Shown one piece after another: positions 38,806 through 51,500 of a DNA stretch of 64,000 nucleotides. The position numbers and the translations under genes are program-made. Location: the NCBI GenBank assembly GCA_964016885.1, contig OZ024746.1:101122001-101186000 (forward strand), read 5' to 3'. The stretch's first letter is position 1, and each line of letters begins with the position of its first letter. The notes under the pieces are model-generated. The model was not told the DNA's origin, did no database searches, and was given only the letters and a program-made list of their open reading frames with translations. The stretch is from Eledone cirrhosa. Lineage: Eukaryota.

Positions 38806-41800
38806 TCAGCGGGGAAGGTAGATATAAGATGTGGCTGAGGAGTGAGGTGTTATGGGAGGTGAAGGTGCATACTAAATGTATGCTTCAACCCATGCATCAT
38901 CTTTGAGAGGTGCAAGTGTGCGAAGTCAGTTTTTATATAAATATGTTTGCACTACTTCACTATAACAGCCATTCAGTCTCTGACTAGATATGTTATATAT
39001 ATATATATATACTAATTTAAAGTATCATAACATATATATGTAAATGTGGCCATGTAGGCAACACGGTAAAAACCTCCCAGCCCCACACTGTAAATGTGGT
39101 TGGTGTTAGGAAGGGCATCCAACTGTAGAAAACCCGCCAGACAGTCCTATGCGAGCAAGACAACCACTCTTGCCTCAAGTGGGAAAACCCCCGTCCAAAC
39201 CCATGCAAGCGTGGAACACGGACGCTAAACCTGATGATGATGATATATTCAAGTTAAAAAATATATGTCTATTTATAGCCATATATATCATTGTTGAAAC
39301 ATAGTATTTTGGACATATATATAAAAAGCATACATTTAGGAAACATTATATACTTAATGTGGAAAAATTAATATTCCTTACAGCACTGTTTCATAGTTCC
39401 TAGAACCGGATTAAGAATTGATCTTCTCTGGTCTCAAGGAGTTATCTCCCTTGTAGGGTTTTAAAAAATACTTTTTGAATGTTTTAACTTCTGTATTTTT
39501 ACAGATTTATTCCTGGCTGGTGACTAATGTTTCCAGGTTTTACATACACCTGAGAATGGAGAATACCTTGTTGAACACCAGGGAACTTGAAAATCAACTT
39601 ATACCGTTTATCAGAATATCTAAATTACTTCTGTTTACATAACGAGGGCTCATTCTTTTGTAATACGAACTCACACTGAAGTAACTATATATAGTCATAC
39701 ATCATTGTAACTTAACACTTGCTGGCAAGGGTTGGAGGTGTCATCACAGACCAAGTCTGTACTTAATTGGGGTTACTAACCTCTCAGATGGGCATGGGGG
39801 CCCACTTCCCACTTATGTTTCTACACACTTCATAATGAATTCTTTTGTGATACTAGCACTAGCGGGGTTGTCATGACTTCAACACAGCTGAAGAATCCTC
39901 CCAATCTGTTGTTTGGCAGGTTTTCTATGGATGGATACCTTCCTTATCCCCAACCACAGTGCACTGGGTAAGTTTGAGAACTTCTGGTTTATATGGTTGG
40001 AAGCCCTAATATCAATCACATTACTGAGGGTGCTAGGTGTGTTTAATCATGACATCAGCACTAGGGGATAGAATTATAGGGTAGGAATAGGAGAAGAAAG
40101 ATAGGTGACAAGATGTGGGATGTCAAGGGAGAAGGTATCTCAGGTGGACAGAGTGATGAGAGGGTGGAGATAATGATGAGTAGAATGAAAGGGTAGGGAG
40201 TGTAGAATGATAGAAAGAGAGTAGTTTTTATGAGGGTGGGATGTCGGGTTACATTCTAATACTAGTAGGTGAGTCAGTGCTGTTGCCAATCCTTGCTGTC
40301 CTTTGCCATGAGATTCAGCTTCCTAAGGTCAACAGTCTTCACTACTTCATGTCTACCTCTTCCATGAATCCCATCTACTCAGATTTCTCTATACTTATTT
40401 ATACAGCTGTCATCTTCCACTTGCACCAATGCAGCCTTCTCTTTCCTACACTACACCCCTCTTAAACAATATTTTCCTCTCACTTATGCTATGCCATTCA
40501 CATCTTCCAGACCATGCTCACTTCATTTCTTTAAAGCTTGTAGACATCAAACCATCTACTCTTCACACAGAAGAAACCCTTTGTTGTCAGCAGACTTCTA
40601 TCAGACTTTCAGAGACCCCACCCCCCACCCTTCTAGGGAATATGTGTACACACACACACACCAGATATACTCCCTGCTTGTAAGAGTGGGACGGGAACTA
40701 ATTCTGGCTTGATTTCTACAGTTGGATGCCCTTCCTAACACCAACCTTCCGTGGCGCCTACATTACAGTGGAATGATAGGGACCCCAGTCCTATCATCTC
40801 ATTTCTACAGCTGAGTAAACTGGAGCAATGTGAAATAAAGTGTCTTGCTCAAGGAAACAACACATTATATATATAGTAGTCCCACTTCTGCAATGGCTGA
40901 CCACAAGTTTACACCTAGAAAATACTTCTCTTGGGCAGAAGAGTGGACAAGGTGTTTTGTAGAAGACCATTAATCACCCATGCATATCACTCTCTCCTCA
41001 TCATCATGTTACAGATGGAAAGTCAGATACAACTAATTCTTTCAGCTGAGTGGACTGGGGTAATGTGAAATAAAATGTCTTGCTGAAGAAGACAATGTGT
41101 CGCCCGATCTGAGATTTGAACTCACTACTTCAATGTTGTCAGCACAACATTCTAACCACTAAGCCATGCGCATTCACAAACACCTTTTGCTGTCCAGCTC
41201 TCCTGAAAGTTTCTTACCAAACACACGCACCTGTTGGTTTTTACTTTAATTTATTGCAAATTTCTGGTTGGTTCAATAACCAGATGGTTGTTTAGATATT
41301 GTCCGAAGCTCTTTTGTCACATATTCTGTGACCTCAGTGACTGATTTGTGTGTTGTGACACAACACACAAAAATAAGATGGTGTAGGACAGAACAAAGGA
41401 GACACAAAATAACAAATCAGTCACTGAGGTCACAGAATGTGTGACAAAAGAGCTTTGGACAATATCTAAACAACCATCTGGTTATTGAACCAACCAGAAA
41501 TTTGTAATAAATTGAAGTTAAAACTAACAGGTGCGTGTGTTTTTAATGTCAGCATGACCCTCTCAAAGTAAAGTATAACAATATCGGTTCCAACACACGT
41601 TTTCAGATAAAAAATCTTGTAAAATAAATTCAAAAACGAAGCGTGTGTGTGTATATATATATATATCTCCAGGGAGTGTAACTTGGAGTTACTGTAGGTC
41701 CACCCGGATGAGCACTCCATGTTTAGGTCCACTTCAGTGTCGAGGTGTAGAGCAAGACAGAGTGTATTATAGTGAAATAAAATAGCAAGGACGATTGTTC

Positions 41801-41824
41801 AGTCCTTCGTTACGTTTATTGGTT

Positions 41825-41899
41825 GGTGACTCGCGTTTCGCCACTGATCAGCTCAAGTTTCGATCTGTCCCGACTCTGTAATCCGCGGCTCATCAGACC
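41825..41899 (-). ncRNA. Type I minimal hammerhead ribozyme (Penelope-type)
   Basis: Minus strand reads GGT-CTGATGA-GCCG...TGGC-GAAAC-GCGA-GTC-ACC. The core is complete, stems I, II and III all pair, and the cleavage triplet is GUC. AATAAA follows. Confidence 0.75.
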
Positions 41900-42077
41900 C
41901 CTTACAATAGTAATGGAAAAATGAATATACATGCCGTATGGGAAAGTCTGATGTTCCTCTTATTGTGTGTTGATAATATAATATATATATTATATAATAT
42001 TATTATATATACTCCAGTTCTACCAACTGTTGAGTGCTACTTATCTGCATAGTTTTATTCTTCTACAATATTACCTT

Positions 42078-42108
<31 letters not shown>

Positions 42109-42301
42109 GTTTCTGAATTTGTTTAGCAAGATTCTTTATCTGAAAACGTGTGTTGAAACCGATATTGTTATACTTTGGGAGGGTCATGTTGCCAATAAGA
42201 AACACACGCACCAGTTGCTTTCACTTCAATTTATTATAAATTAAATTTATAAATTTCTGGTTGGTTGGTTGGTTCCATAACCGGACGGTTGTTCATATAT
42301 T

Positions 42302-42344
42302 GTCAAAGTTCTTTCGTCACACATTCTGTGACCTCTTCAGTGAC
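42302..42344 (-). ncRNA. Minimal hammerhead ribozyme motif
   Basis: GTCA-CTGAAGA-gGTCACA-gaatg-TGTGAC-GAAAG-AA-CTT-TGAC. Stem I is GTCA/TGAC, stem II is GTCACA/TGTGAC and stem III is very short. Confidence 0.55.
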
Positions 42345-42394
42345 TGGGGATTCTTTTCTTTGTTCTGTCCTACGCCATCGTTCGTCAGACAATG

Positions 42395-42462
42395 CCTTGT
42401 CTGACGAACGAATGAGGACGTTTCTTGTATTCGTCTTATTCGGGAAACCTCTGGTAATGAGG
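42395..42462 (+). ncRNA. Type I hammerhead ribozyme motif
   Basis: CCTTGT-CTGACGA-aCGAATGAgGACG...CGTCTTATTCGg-GAAACC-TCT-GGTA-ATGAGG. Stem II is 11 bp, stem III is ACC/GGT, the triplet is GUA and stem I is 6 bp with two GU pairs. The closing pair of stem II is an A-G mismatch. Confidence 0.65.
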
Positions 42463-42879
42463 TAATTATATTGTATTGTTTATTATACATTATACATATA
42501 TATATATATAAAATGATAGAGAGACATCACACAGAGTTAGACAAGAATACAATTACATACACAAAACTACAAATGGATACATATGACCAGTAGAAGTGTT
42601 AAAAGCAGCTAAGAGCATGCAAAAATTACAAATGAACACACGCAGATAACCAAGGTATATTATCCTTGGTTATGTCAAATATTTATAAAACAAACTTTTA
42701 TTTATCTAATGAAAGCGTACCAAAATTTTGGTACCCTTGAAATATATATGGTTTTATAAATATAGTTTCTATTTATTTAATATCATTGTATATTATACTC
42801 CAGAAAACTTGTCGAGTGCTCTGAATCAGTTATAAACATTTATATTTGTTGAATTACCAACAAATTGAATATCCCTTCT

Positions 42880-42919
<40 letters not shown>

Positions 42920-42920
<1 letters not shown>

Positions 42921-44300
42921 GGGATAACAGATTATTGTTATAGGTAGTCCACATAGGTGTAGTCCAGTTAGGGTACTCCTAGTAGTGGATGATATCAACC
43001 CTTGGCTAAGTTTGACTCAACAAGGCGTTTCCATAGTGATGCTGCGAGTACGCAGTGATTTCTATGTTGTTTACACTTGGAGTAATGATAAATCAAGAAA
43101 GAAGAGTGACACGGTTTGCTATACATAAAAAGGTTTTTAATCACATTGCTGACAATTGTTTCTCTGAACTGGTAGGTCTAGAGATCGCTACCCGCCTGTT
43201 TTCGCGTCAATCGATCACCAATACATAGTTGTAACCAGTCAATTCATCAGAGCTAGCGAGAATGAAGGGAATACACAGGCATGGCTTTTATATATAGTAG
43301 TGGCATTCAATCAGAACAATAACAACAATACTAACAATGCTAGCAATAAATTATTTGAAATAATCACAACATCAATCTAAGTAAGACATAGAGTATACTT
43401 AAGACTTTAGCATGTAAAACGAGCTGACATGAGACAGATGTATGAAATTGACATGTAAAAGCTGTCATGGGGTGTATTATATATAGTGTAGAGATAAGCT
43501 GGTGGCTTTAAACAATGTACCACTTCCTTTACCGTAGGTCTGGTGACCGTAAGAATTATTTATTATCTGACAGATAAAATATTTATCATTGTAGTGAGGA
43601 TAGTAATATTTGTGGTGTGAAGTAGATTCAATATTTATGTGGTCTATATTAGATGAAGGGATTGTTAGTTCGAATCATGGGGTTGTTTAGCTTTCACATC
43701 ATCAATAACATACATGTATAAGATAACATTAACAGAGTAACAATATAATAGGTAAGTTAATACAGAGGTTAAGGCGGCAATATATATATATATATAGATA
43801 GAAAACATGCTGACTACAATTATAACAACAGGAGGAAGGTGATGTTTTACTGTGGTAGTATTCTGATAATGTACTTGGATTTAGGTTCATCTGTTGAGAA
43901 TCAAGGGTGAGGAAGTTGTGTTGACAGCAGCTGAGAAGGGATATATTTATGGGTTGATAAGATATTTGCAGACACTACTGTGGTATAGAATTAAGAAGGC
44001 TAGAATCTGCTTAATGAGTATTATAGTTCTGTGGTGGTCCGTGTAATAGTATGGATATCATATGTTGAATGCTAAGTTATGTTAGTTCGATTCACGGTGG
44101 CTTAAATCTTGTGAATTTAGTGGCGATCTTGTGTCTGCAGAAAATTGATCTTTCTATCTTGTTGTTGAGTAGCCTTTTTTCATTCCTAAGGATATACAGT
44201 AATTCAAGATCACAGAGCCTGCAATAGGACATACCGGTATTGTATGCCCTTGCGGTTCTTCATCGAGTGTCTGTGCACATACCATCTTTTTTAAAAAGTA
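42920..44300 (-). mobile_element. Penelope-like element 3' portion (GIY-YIG C-terminus plus 3' region with hammerhead)
   Basis: 44260 to 44092 translates RTARAYNTGMSYCRLCDLELLYILRNEKRLLNNKIERSIFCRHKIATKFTRFKPP*, matching the C..C..E...I....LLN...E....CRH tail of PLE ORFs. Bounded and interrupted by (TA)n, so it may be two fragments. Confidence 0.7.
43148..43253 (-). ncRNA. Hammerhead motif with long stem II insert, in the 3' region of a Penelope-like element
   Basis: GCT-CTGATGA-attgACTGGT...ACCAGTtcaga-GAAAC-AATT-GTC-AGC. Stem III (ACAATTGT) is palindromic, as is typical of PLE hammerheads. Confidence 0.6.
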
Positions 44301-45626
44301 CCCGCGGTCTATATATATATATACATACACATGTACATATACATTCTCTTATTGTGTGTTGATAATATATATATTTTTTATGATTAAAATAACTTATATA
44401 TATATATTAATTGTTTAGTGTGGAATACAAAAAATGTTCTGAATGAAAATATAAACAGAGCATATAAATACATTTACAGTAGAATAACATGTTTTAACAT
44501 TACAAATGCTTAGACAACATTATAAATAGCTGGCGATTAGAAGGATATCACACAATATGAGAATGTTTATTTATTTGACTAATCTATCGTTACGATAATC
44601 ATAATGTACATCTCTGAAAATGTATCGCTACAAATTATGTATTATTAAGAAAGTTACGAGGAATGAAAGTCAACTGCTCTAAATTTGCCATACTACAAAA
44701 GTCCTGTCTGTACAATCTTATGGGCCTCCACCACTTACTTGACCGCCAGACTATCGCTGCCATAAACCGGCACCTACAGTGTCACTCTCTAACCGGGGCA
44801 CAACCACCCAGTTACTGCCACACTGTAATGCACCTACAAAAATGTACCCCGTCTACTGTGTGAAGTGGTAGTGCCGGTGTCACGATAAAAAACACACCCA
44901 GTACACTCTGTAAAGTGGTTGGTTTTTGGAAAATCATCTAGCCATAACCATGTGAAAATGGAGCGTACGGACAAAATGTGACAACCTAGAGGTCAGATTA
45001 GGTGATAGCACAGGAAAAAATAATTACTTTCCACTGAAATCGAGAAGGGTGTTCTATAAATTTAGCGAAATAGAAATAAAACGGTGATGGTACTGATATA
45101 TATATATAGGAAAAGAGTCAGGACCCCGACGGGTGAGCTCCGGCCGTTTCGACAGCTAGATCTAGCTGTCGAAACGGCCGGAGCTCAGCCGTCGGGGGTC
45201 CTCATTTTTCCTATAACCCACTACTCTAAGTATCGAGTACTCTGGTGTGTTATGGTCCACCAGGTAACGTACCACACTCTCTTTGTTTATATATATCACA
45301 TAACTACAATTTAGTGTCCTCATCTGCATTTCCTTTCTCGTAACTTTCTAAATCTATATTTTCTATATTCTGAGGTTTATAAAGATCTTAACATTTGTCA
45401 GCCGGAAATTACCAGAAGTTGTCTGTGATATTAAAATAAAACGTTTCTCAAATATTTTAGAAATATTCGGTGTTATTTCAACTTAACTAGAAATCTGCCT
45501 AAAACGAAAGAATTCCCCCTTAATATATATATTCGGTTTATTATGAGAGCTTGTGGACAAGAAATGTTACTTTCACTTCAGTATTAACACAATTTCTCTC
45601 TGAAGGTCAGACAACATTTTATATAT

Positions 45627-45700
<74 letters not shown>

Positions 45701-46090
45701 TCAATGTTTGTTTCTGTGATATATTTCTACTAATGAACTAAGATTTATTTCATAAATACATTACAAATCGTTTGCAATTCTTTCAGAATGAAAATATAAA
45801 CAGAGCATATAAATAAATTTACAGTAGAATAACAACAAATATGTTTTAAATATATACATAAATAACATTTCAAATACTTAGATAACATTATAAATAGCTC
45901 GCCGAGGTTAACTTTGCTTTTCATCCTTACGGGGTCGATAAAATAAAGTACCAGTCATGCACAGGTGTTTGTTGGCCTTGTGCCTAAAGTAGAAACAATT
46001 ATAAATAGCTCGCGATTCTGTCAGGATATATTCTTTTAATGTTACAATATTAAAGAAAATGTATAGGAAGGGGTGAACACCGGAGCCAAC

Positions 46091-46380
<290 letters not shown>

Positions 46381-46775
46381 TGGTTATAAGGGGCACAGAG
46401 AGTGCTAAAATGTACGTTATTCCGGGTTGAATCGGAGGTAACCACAGTAAGTAAGGTACTCAATACATAGCAGAGTATAATATATATATATATATTTGTT
46501 GATTCCTAAAGGAGCATAAGTTGCTTATTGTGCCTTTCCTGGACCCTATCACATAAGTACAATTTTACGCTAATTAAATTTTATATATTCAAATGAAGTT
46601 CAGATATAAAAAATAAGCTGAAAAAGGATTTATTATATCAAATAAACAAAAAATAAAATATAGACGTTTAAGTGGAGGGGAAACTTGTCTCCTGGTAGTT
46701 GGGGACAAGTATACAAGGCACTTGTATACTTGTGTGTGAGAATCTATATGTATATATATATATATGTGTGTGTGA

Positions 46776-46829
<54 letters not shown>

Positions 46830-47243
46830 GGTTTATAGCTGAGAAAGGAGAAAAACAAATGTTAGTTCAAAGTAGAAAGGATTTCAACATCAATATAAAG
46901 TATTATTTTGAGAAAGAAGAACAAAGAAAACCGCAAGGGACATCGTTTTCATTAAAACTACACTAAATGTCTGACTATTTTAGACAAAGACAAATGTAAA
47001 TACATTTATTTTGATTTTAAAAATTAGCAAAAGGAAATATAATAATACAATGCTTACAGAACGAAAATTAAATTGAGATTAAGAGTGAGACCTTCGTAAA
47101 AGATGAGACTTAAAGTTGGAATATCTTCCCCCAACAAACTAGATATATATGAAACTACACACGATAACATTAACAAAAACGAGGAACAAACCTACTAAAA
47201 ATGTCTAAACATTTGTAAGAAATAAAGTATTTCAAATAATTAC

Positions 47244-47505
47244 CTGAAACCGGTTTACATTTATAAGTGGGGTAGGTTAGTGCCCTGCATGAGGGGCAGT
47301 GAAATACTCCTTTACGAACGATGTCACCTTTCTGACTGTCAACGTGGTTTTGGAGGCACTGCATACAGAATGAATGTTGGCAAGGTAACACACGAGGGTC
47401 CCGAAATTCGTCCAGACAGATTGGACAGAGGTCCATGTCAACAACCGGAGTTGAATGTCTGTGAGAAAGAAGTGGCAGTGTTTTGTTTGTCTTACTAGTC
47501 GCCAT
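47244..47505 (-). CDS. TRIM-like E3 ligase exon 1 (C3HC4 RING)
   Basis: Encodes CPICLDEFRDPRVLPCQHSFCMQC...CPSCR. Donor CAG|gtaatt after 47244 (262 nt, phase 1) joins in frame to 27781, reading KPVSEWGRAFPQN. Confidence 0.88.
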
Positions 47506-47797
47506 GTCTCAATGTTGTGATGCAGTAGTAGCAGCAACACCAACTTCTCTCACCCAGACGTAGACATCTCTTTATCTAGTGATACAGTAGTATTAGCAAC
47601 ACCAATTTCCCTCTTTCACAAACGTAGACATGTCTATGTTATGATACAGTAGCAGCAACATACTCTCTCTCACAGACGTAGACATGTCTATGTTATGATA
47701 CAGCAACATATTCTCACACAAACGTAGACAGTAACAACATCAGCTTCTCTCTCACACTCAGACATCAATCTTGCTACATCAATGAATGAACCGTGTC

Positions 47798-47820
47798 TTT
47801 ATATACTCAGTTTCTGGAAA
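47798..47820 (-). promoter_or_regulatory. Candidate TATA box of the TRIM gene with adjacent TTCnnGAA palindrome
   Basis: TATATAAA on the minus strand ~300 nt upstream of the ATG, next to tttctggaaa. The AT-rich background makes this weak. Confidence 0.25.
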
Positions 47821-48644
47821 TGTTTTTATATCTTTTATGCGTTTATATTTGTATCTATTATATATATTATTATAGTTTAGATTTGTGTAAGCATTATATT
47901 ATTATATTTCTATACAACATTGAAAAAAAATTAAATTACCATCGAGTATAGTGTAACAGTGGCAATAAATACACAAAGCATCTTGTGGTGGCAGTGAAAT
48001 GTCTGTTAATATATATATATATAACACGTAACTAAATAAATTTACAAATCTGTTTATAATATATTTCTCCTCAACTGCGCAACTGGTTTCCCTATGAATG
48101 ATCAAATGAAACTATCTTTGTAGACACGTGTGTAGTTAACACGTTGATACATACATTAAATAGTAAAGTTATCTGTCCTCTCTCATATATTGAATAGTAA
48201 AGTTAATGGTATATCTGTCCTCTCTCATATATTAAATAGTAAAGTTAATCACATATCTATGTCCTCTCTCATGAATGATAGAAATAGAGGAGGAAATGTA
48301 AGAAAGAGACAAAAGCGACGAGAAGATAAAAGATAGCAATGAAGAGAGAGATGTTTATAGGAGACTAAATCAATAATCTTTATTTGACATGATTATAGTT
48401 AGTGGTGACGGTTAAACCAGCTTACAGGCTATTATTTCCTAAACAAACCGAAATAGCCATTCTTAGGCCGACAATAGTAACTAAATTAATCACTAGTTTA
48501 AACTATTAACTATTTTATCACCTCTCAAATATTCACCAATAATTGTTGCCGAGAATTAAATCTCTTTTTTTGTCACTATTTTTGTCTTGACTTTTAAATT
48601 TTATGTATTGAGTGTTTTCTTTGTAAAATGTTTGATAACAACAT

Positions 48645-48975
48645 AAGATGTATATATAAAAGGAGCTACATGTATATATAAAAGGAGCTACATGTGTATA
48701 TAGAAGGAGCTACATGTATATAAAAGGAGCTACATGTATATATATAAAAGGAGCTACATGTATATATAAAAGGAACTACATATATATACATAAGGAGCTA
48801 CATATATATATATAAGGAGCTACATATATATAAGGAGCTACATGTATATATAAAAGGAACTACATGTATATATAAGGAGCTACATGTATATATAAAAGGA
48901 ACTACATGTATATATAAGGAGCTACATGTATATATAAAAGGAACTACATGTATATATAAGGAGCTACATGTAAAT
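48645..48975. repeat. AT-rich ~22-24-bp minisatellite
   Basis: Unit aaggagctacatgtatatata with variable TA and A runs. Confidence 0.93.
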
Positions 48976-50045
48976 ATAAAACACAAACACAACTTAATTG
49001 TTCAGACGATACATTTACTTGGACAACATCCGCAATAAATATGAAAGCAATAAAAGTGTTAGGTTATATATTATTAAATGAAAACAACAAAAGCTAACTA
49101 GGAACAAACGATACAGTGATATTTTAACAGTGTTGTATAATAGTTTGACTAGTAAACCTGTGTTGTCAATTGTAGGACCGGGACTGGCTGGCGATATAAG
49201 GGTGGGTTAGAGGGGCTTGCTGGAGATATAAGGGTAGGGGACATTGTGAGACTAGAGGGACTTGCTGGAAATATAAGGGTGAGGGGACATCACGAAAGCA
49301 GTACCAGCATGGTCAGGACTTCTACTTTCAAACTGTCGTGTTTGGGATATATGTTGATAGGTCAGTGGATAGGTGGGTAGGTCATTGATGGACACACATG
49401 GACAAGATGAACTAAGGAGTCGACCCACGATATGTGAGTTAATGTCCCCCCCCCCCCCCCCCCCCACACACACAACATCAATGACACCAGGAATGTCATA
49501 TACACCAGGATCAACAAACTGGAAAGTCTTCGTTTTCATAAATTAATGGTTTGTGTCATAATAATGTTTTGCTAATATTTCTCTAGGCTATAATTATTGA
49601 AATGTTCAGTATATATCTACAAATGACATAGGGGATTAAATATATGTTGAAATGTTCAGTATATATCTACAAATGACATAGGGGATTAAATATATGAGTA
49701 CCGTATTACCCGGAGCCAAAGACCATATTTCCCGTTCTCGAGGGCACACCCTAATTTTGACAACCAAAAATTTGAAAAAAAATAATAAGCAGCCTTCGGC
49801 CTCCAGGATACGGTAGATTTTTGAGACTTATTTCAGGGAAAAATGACACTTTAGGAAGGGCATCCAGCTGCAGAAACCAAGCCAAATGTGCAGGAAACAC
49901 TTATAGCATATTTTTATGGTTGATTCTTTCAGCAAGTGCAGGAAGCAACTTGTGACATGTTACACTCTCAATTGACACCTCTTAGGTGAACATGCCTATT
50001 TCCCCCACACCAACAAGTAGGCAATCAGTTTGGCAGACATTAGAG

Positions 50046-50304
50046 CAGTCATGGGCAACCTGCGATCCGCGATGCTTTCTGAAAGGCTCGCCTAAGTCAC
50101 CTAAGTGAAATCTTTCTGATTTTTTTTACCCCAACTTTTCAGTCATAATTTATCTTTCTATCATTTTTACGATCGAGGAAAACAACGTGTACGAATTCTG
50201 AAGAAACAAATCAAAACAACCTGAGTTACCGCCCTTCTTTAATGTGGGCACGAATGTAAATTAGCGCTTGCGACCTGCTTCTCAAAAAAAGTTGCCCATG
50301 CTTG
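50046..50304. mobile_element. hAT-type MITE
   Basis: TIRs CAGTCATGGGCAAC / GTTGCCCATGCTTG and an 8-bp TSD CATTAGAG. Confidence 0.85.
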
Positions 50305-51182
50305 CATTAGAGTATTTGATATTTATTCCAGGTCTGTATGTTCTGAGTTGAAATCTAACTAAGGTCCATTTTGCCTCTCATTCTTTCAGAGTTGATAAAG
50401 TATGAATCCAATGCTGATGCACGTCTCTAGCTATTAGATTCTGGATGTTCCACTGAACCAAAGGAGGGTGTCTGTTCCCTGTATAAATACCTAAAACTAT
50501 TAGTGAAAGCATAGTAGATGTTAGCAAGTGACACTTGATTGCAAGTTACAGCTCTAATAACTCTACACCAACAAGTCGTCTATATTTAATGATTCTTTGG
50601 CAAGTATGATAAAATAAGTACAGCTCAATTACTGGGATTAAATAGATCAAATACAACCCCCGACCACAATAATTGGCTCTGTACCAAAGTTAAAAATTAT
50701 TATAATTATTATTAGTAATACCAGTAACACACTGGAGTCGATTTACTCAACTTTCCCCTCCCTTGTGCCTCAATCAGAAACCATTATTAGTTACGTCCCT
50801 TTATGTTCTGAGTTCAAATCCTGCCGAGGTTAACTTTGCCTTTCATCATGACGGGGTCAATAAAATAAAGTACCAGTAATGCACTGGCATCGATTTAATC
50901 GACTTTCACCTCCTCCAGAATTGCTGGCCTTGTACCTAAATCAGAAACCATTATTATTATTCTATATTTACTTATTGCTCTGCTGCTACTTCTTACAGTT
51001 ATGTAGGATCTTCTTACTGCCAGGAGCCATTGCTACATTACCAGTATCTTGTATTAAACTAGCAGCTTGATGGAATAAGCTAAATATGACGGGAAACAAC
51101 CTTCAAATATTAACCAAAATCAATTGCATAATGAGTCCAATGAAGACTGTATCTGATTTTTAGCGGTATAATAACAACTCTG

Positions 51183-51213
51183 GACATATTTCAGTCTTAT
51201 AAGACTTCATCAG
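51183..51213 (-). ncRNA. Degenerate minimal hammerhead motif
   Basis: CTGATGA-AGTCTTATAAGACT-GAAATATGTC. Stem II is a perfect palindrome and the triplet is GUC, but stem I is poor. Confidence 0.45.
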
Positions 51214-51305
51214 TGAAGTACAGTTTGAATTGTCTTTGCTACTTGTACTCTCCACATGCTCATGTCAATGTAGATATTACCAAGTTAAGGTCATAAGCAT
51301 TTGAA

Positions 51306-51500
51306 AATAATTGTTTCTACATTTGGCACAAGGCCAGCAATTATCCCAGTCTATTACTGGTGCTTTATTTTATCGACCCCGTAAGGATGAAAGGCAAAGT
51401 TAACCACAACGGGATTTGAACTCAGACCGTAAAGGGACGTAACTATGCTAGAAAGCATGGCGTCCAACCCTCTACTGATACTGCCAATTCACCGCCTATT
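51306..51500 (-). mobile_element. SINE family A
   Basis: Near-identical to 105-300. Confidence 0.8.

Noticed and set aside
39375-39610. Further hammerhead-like pieces (GAAACAGTGCTGTA on the minus strand; also 9375-9445)
   Set aside because: No intact CUGANGA box; too degenerate to call.
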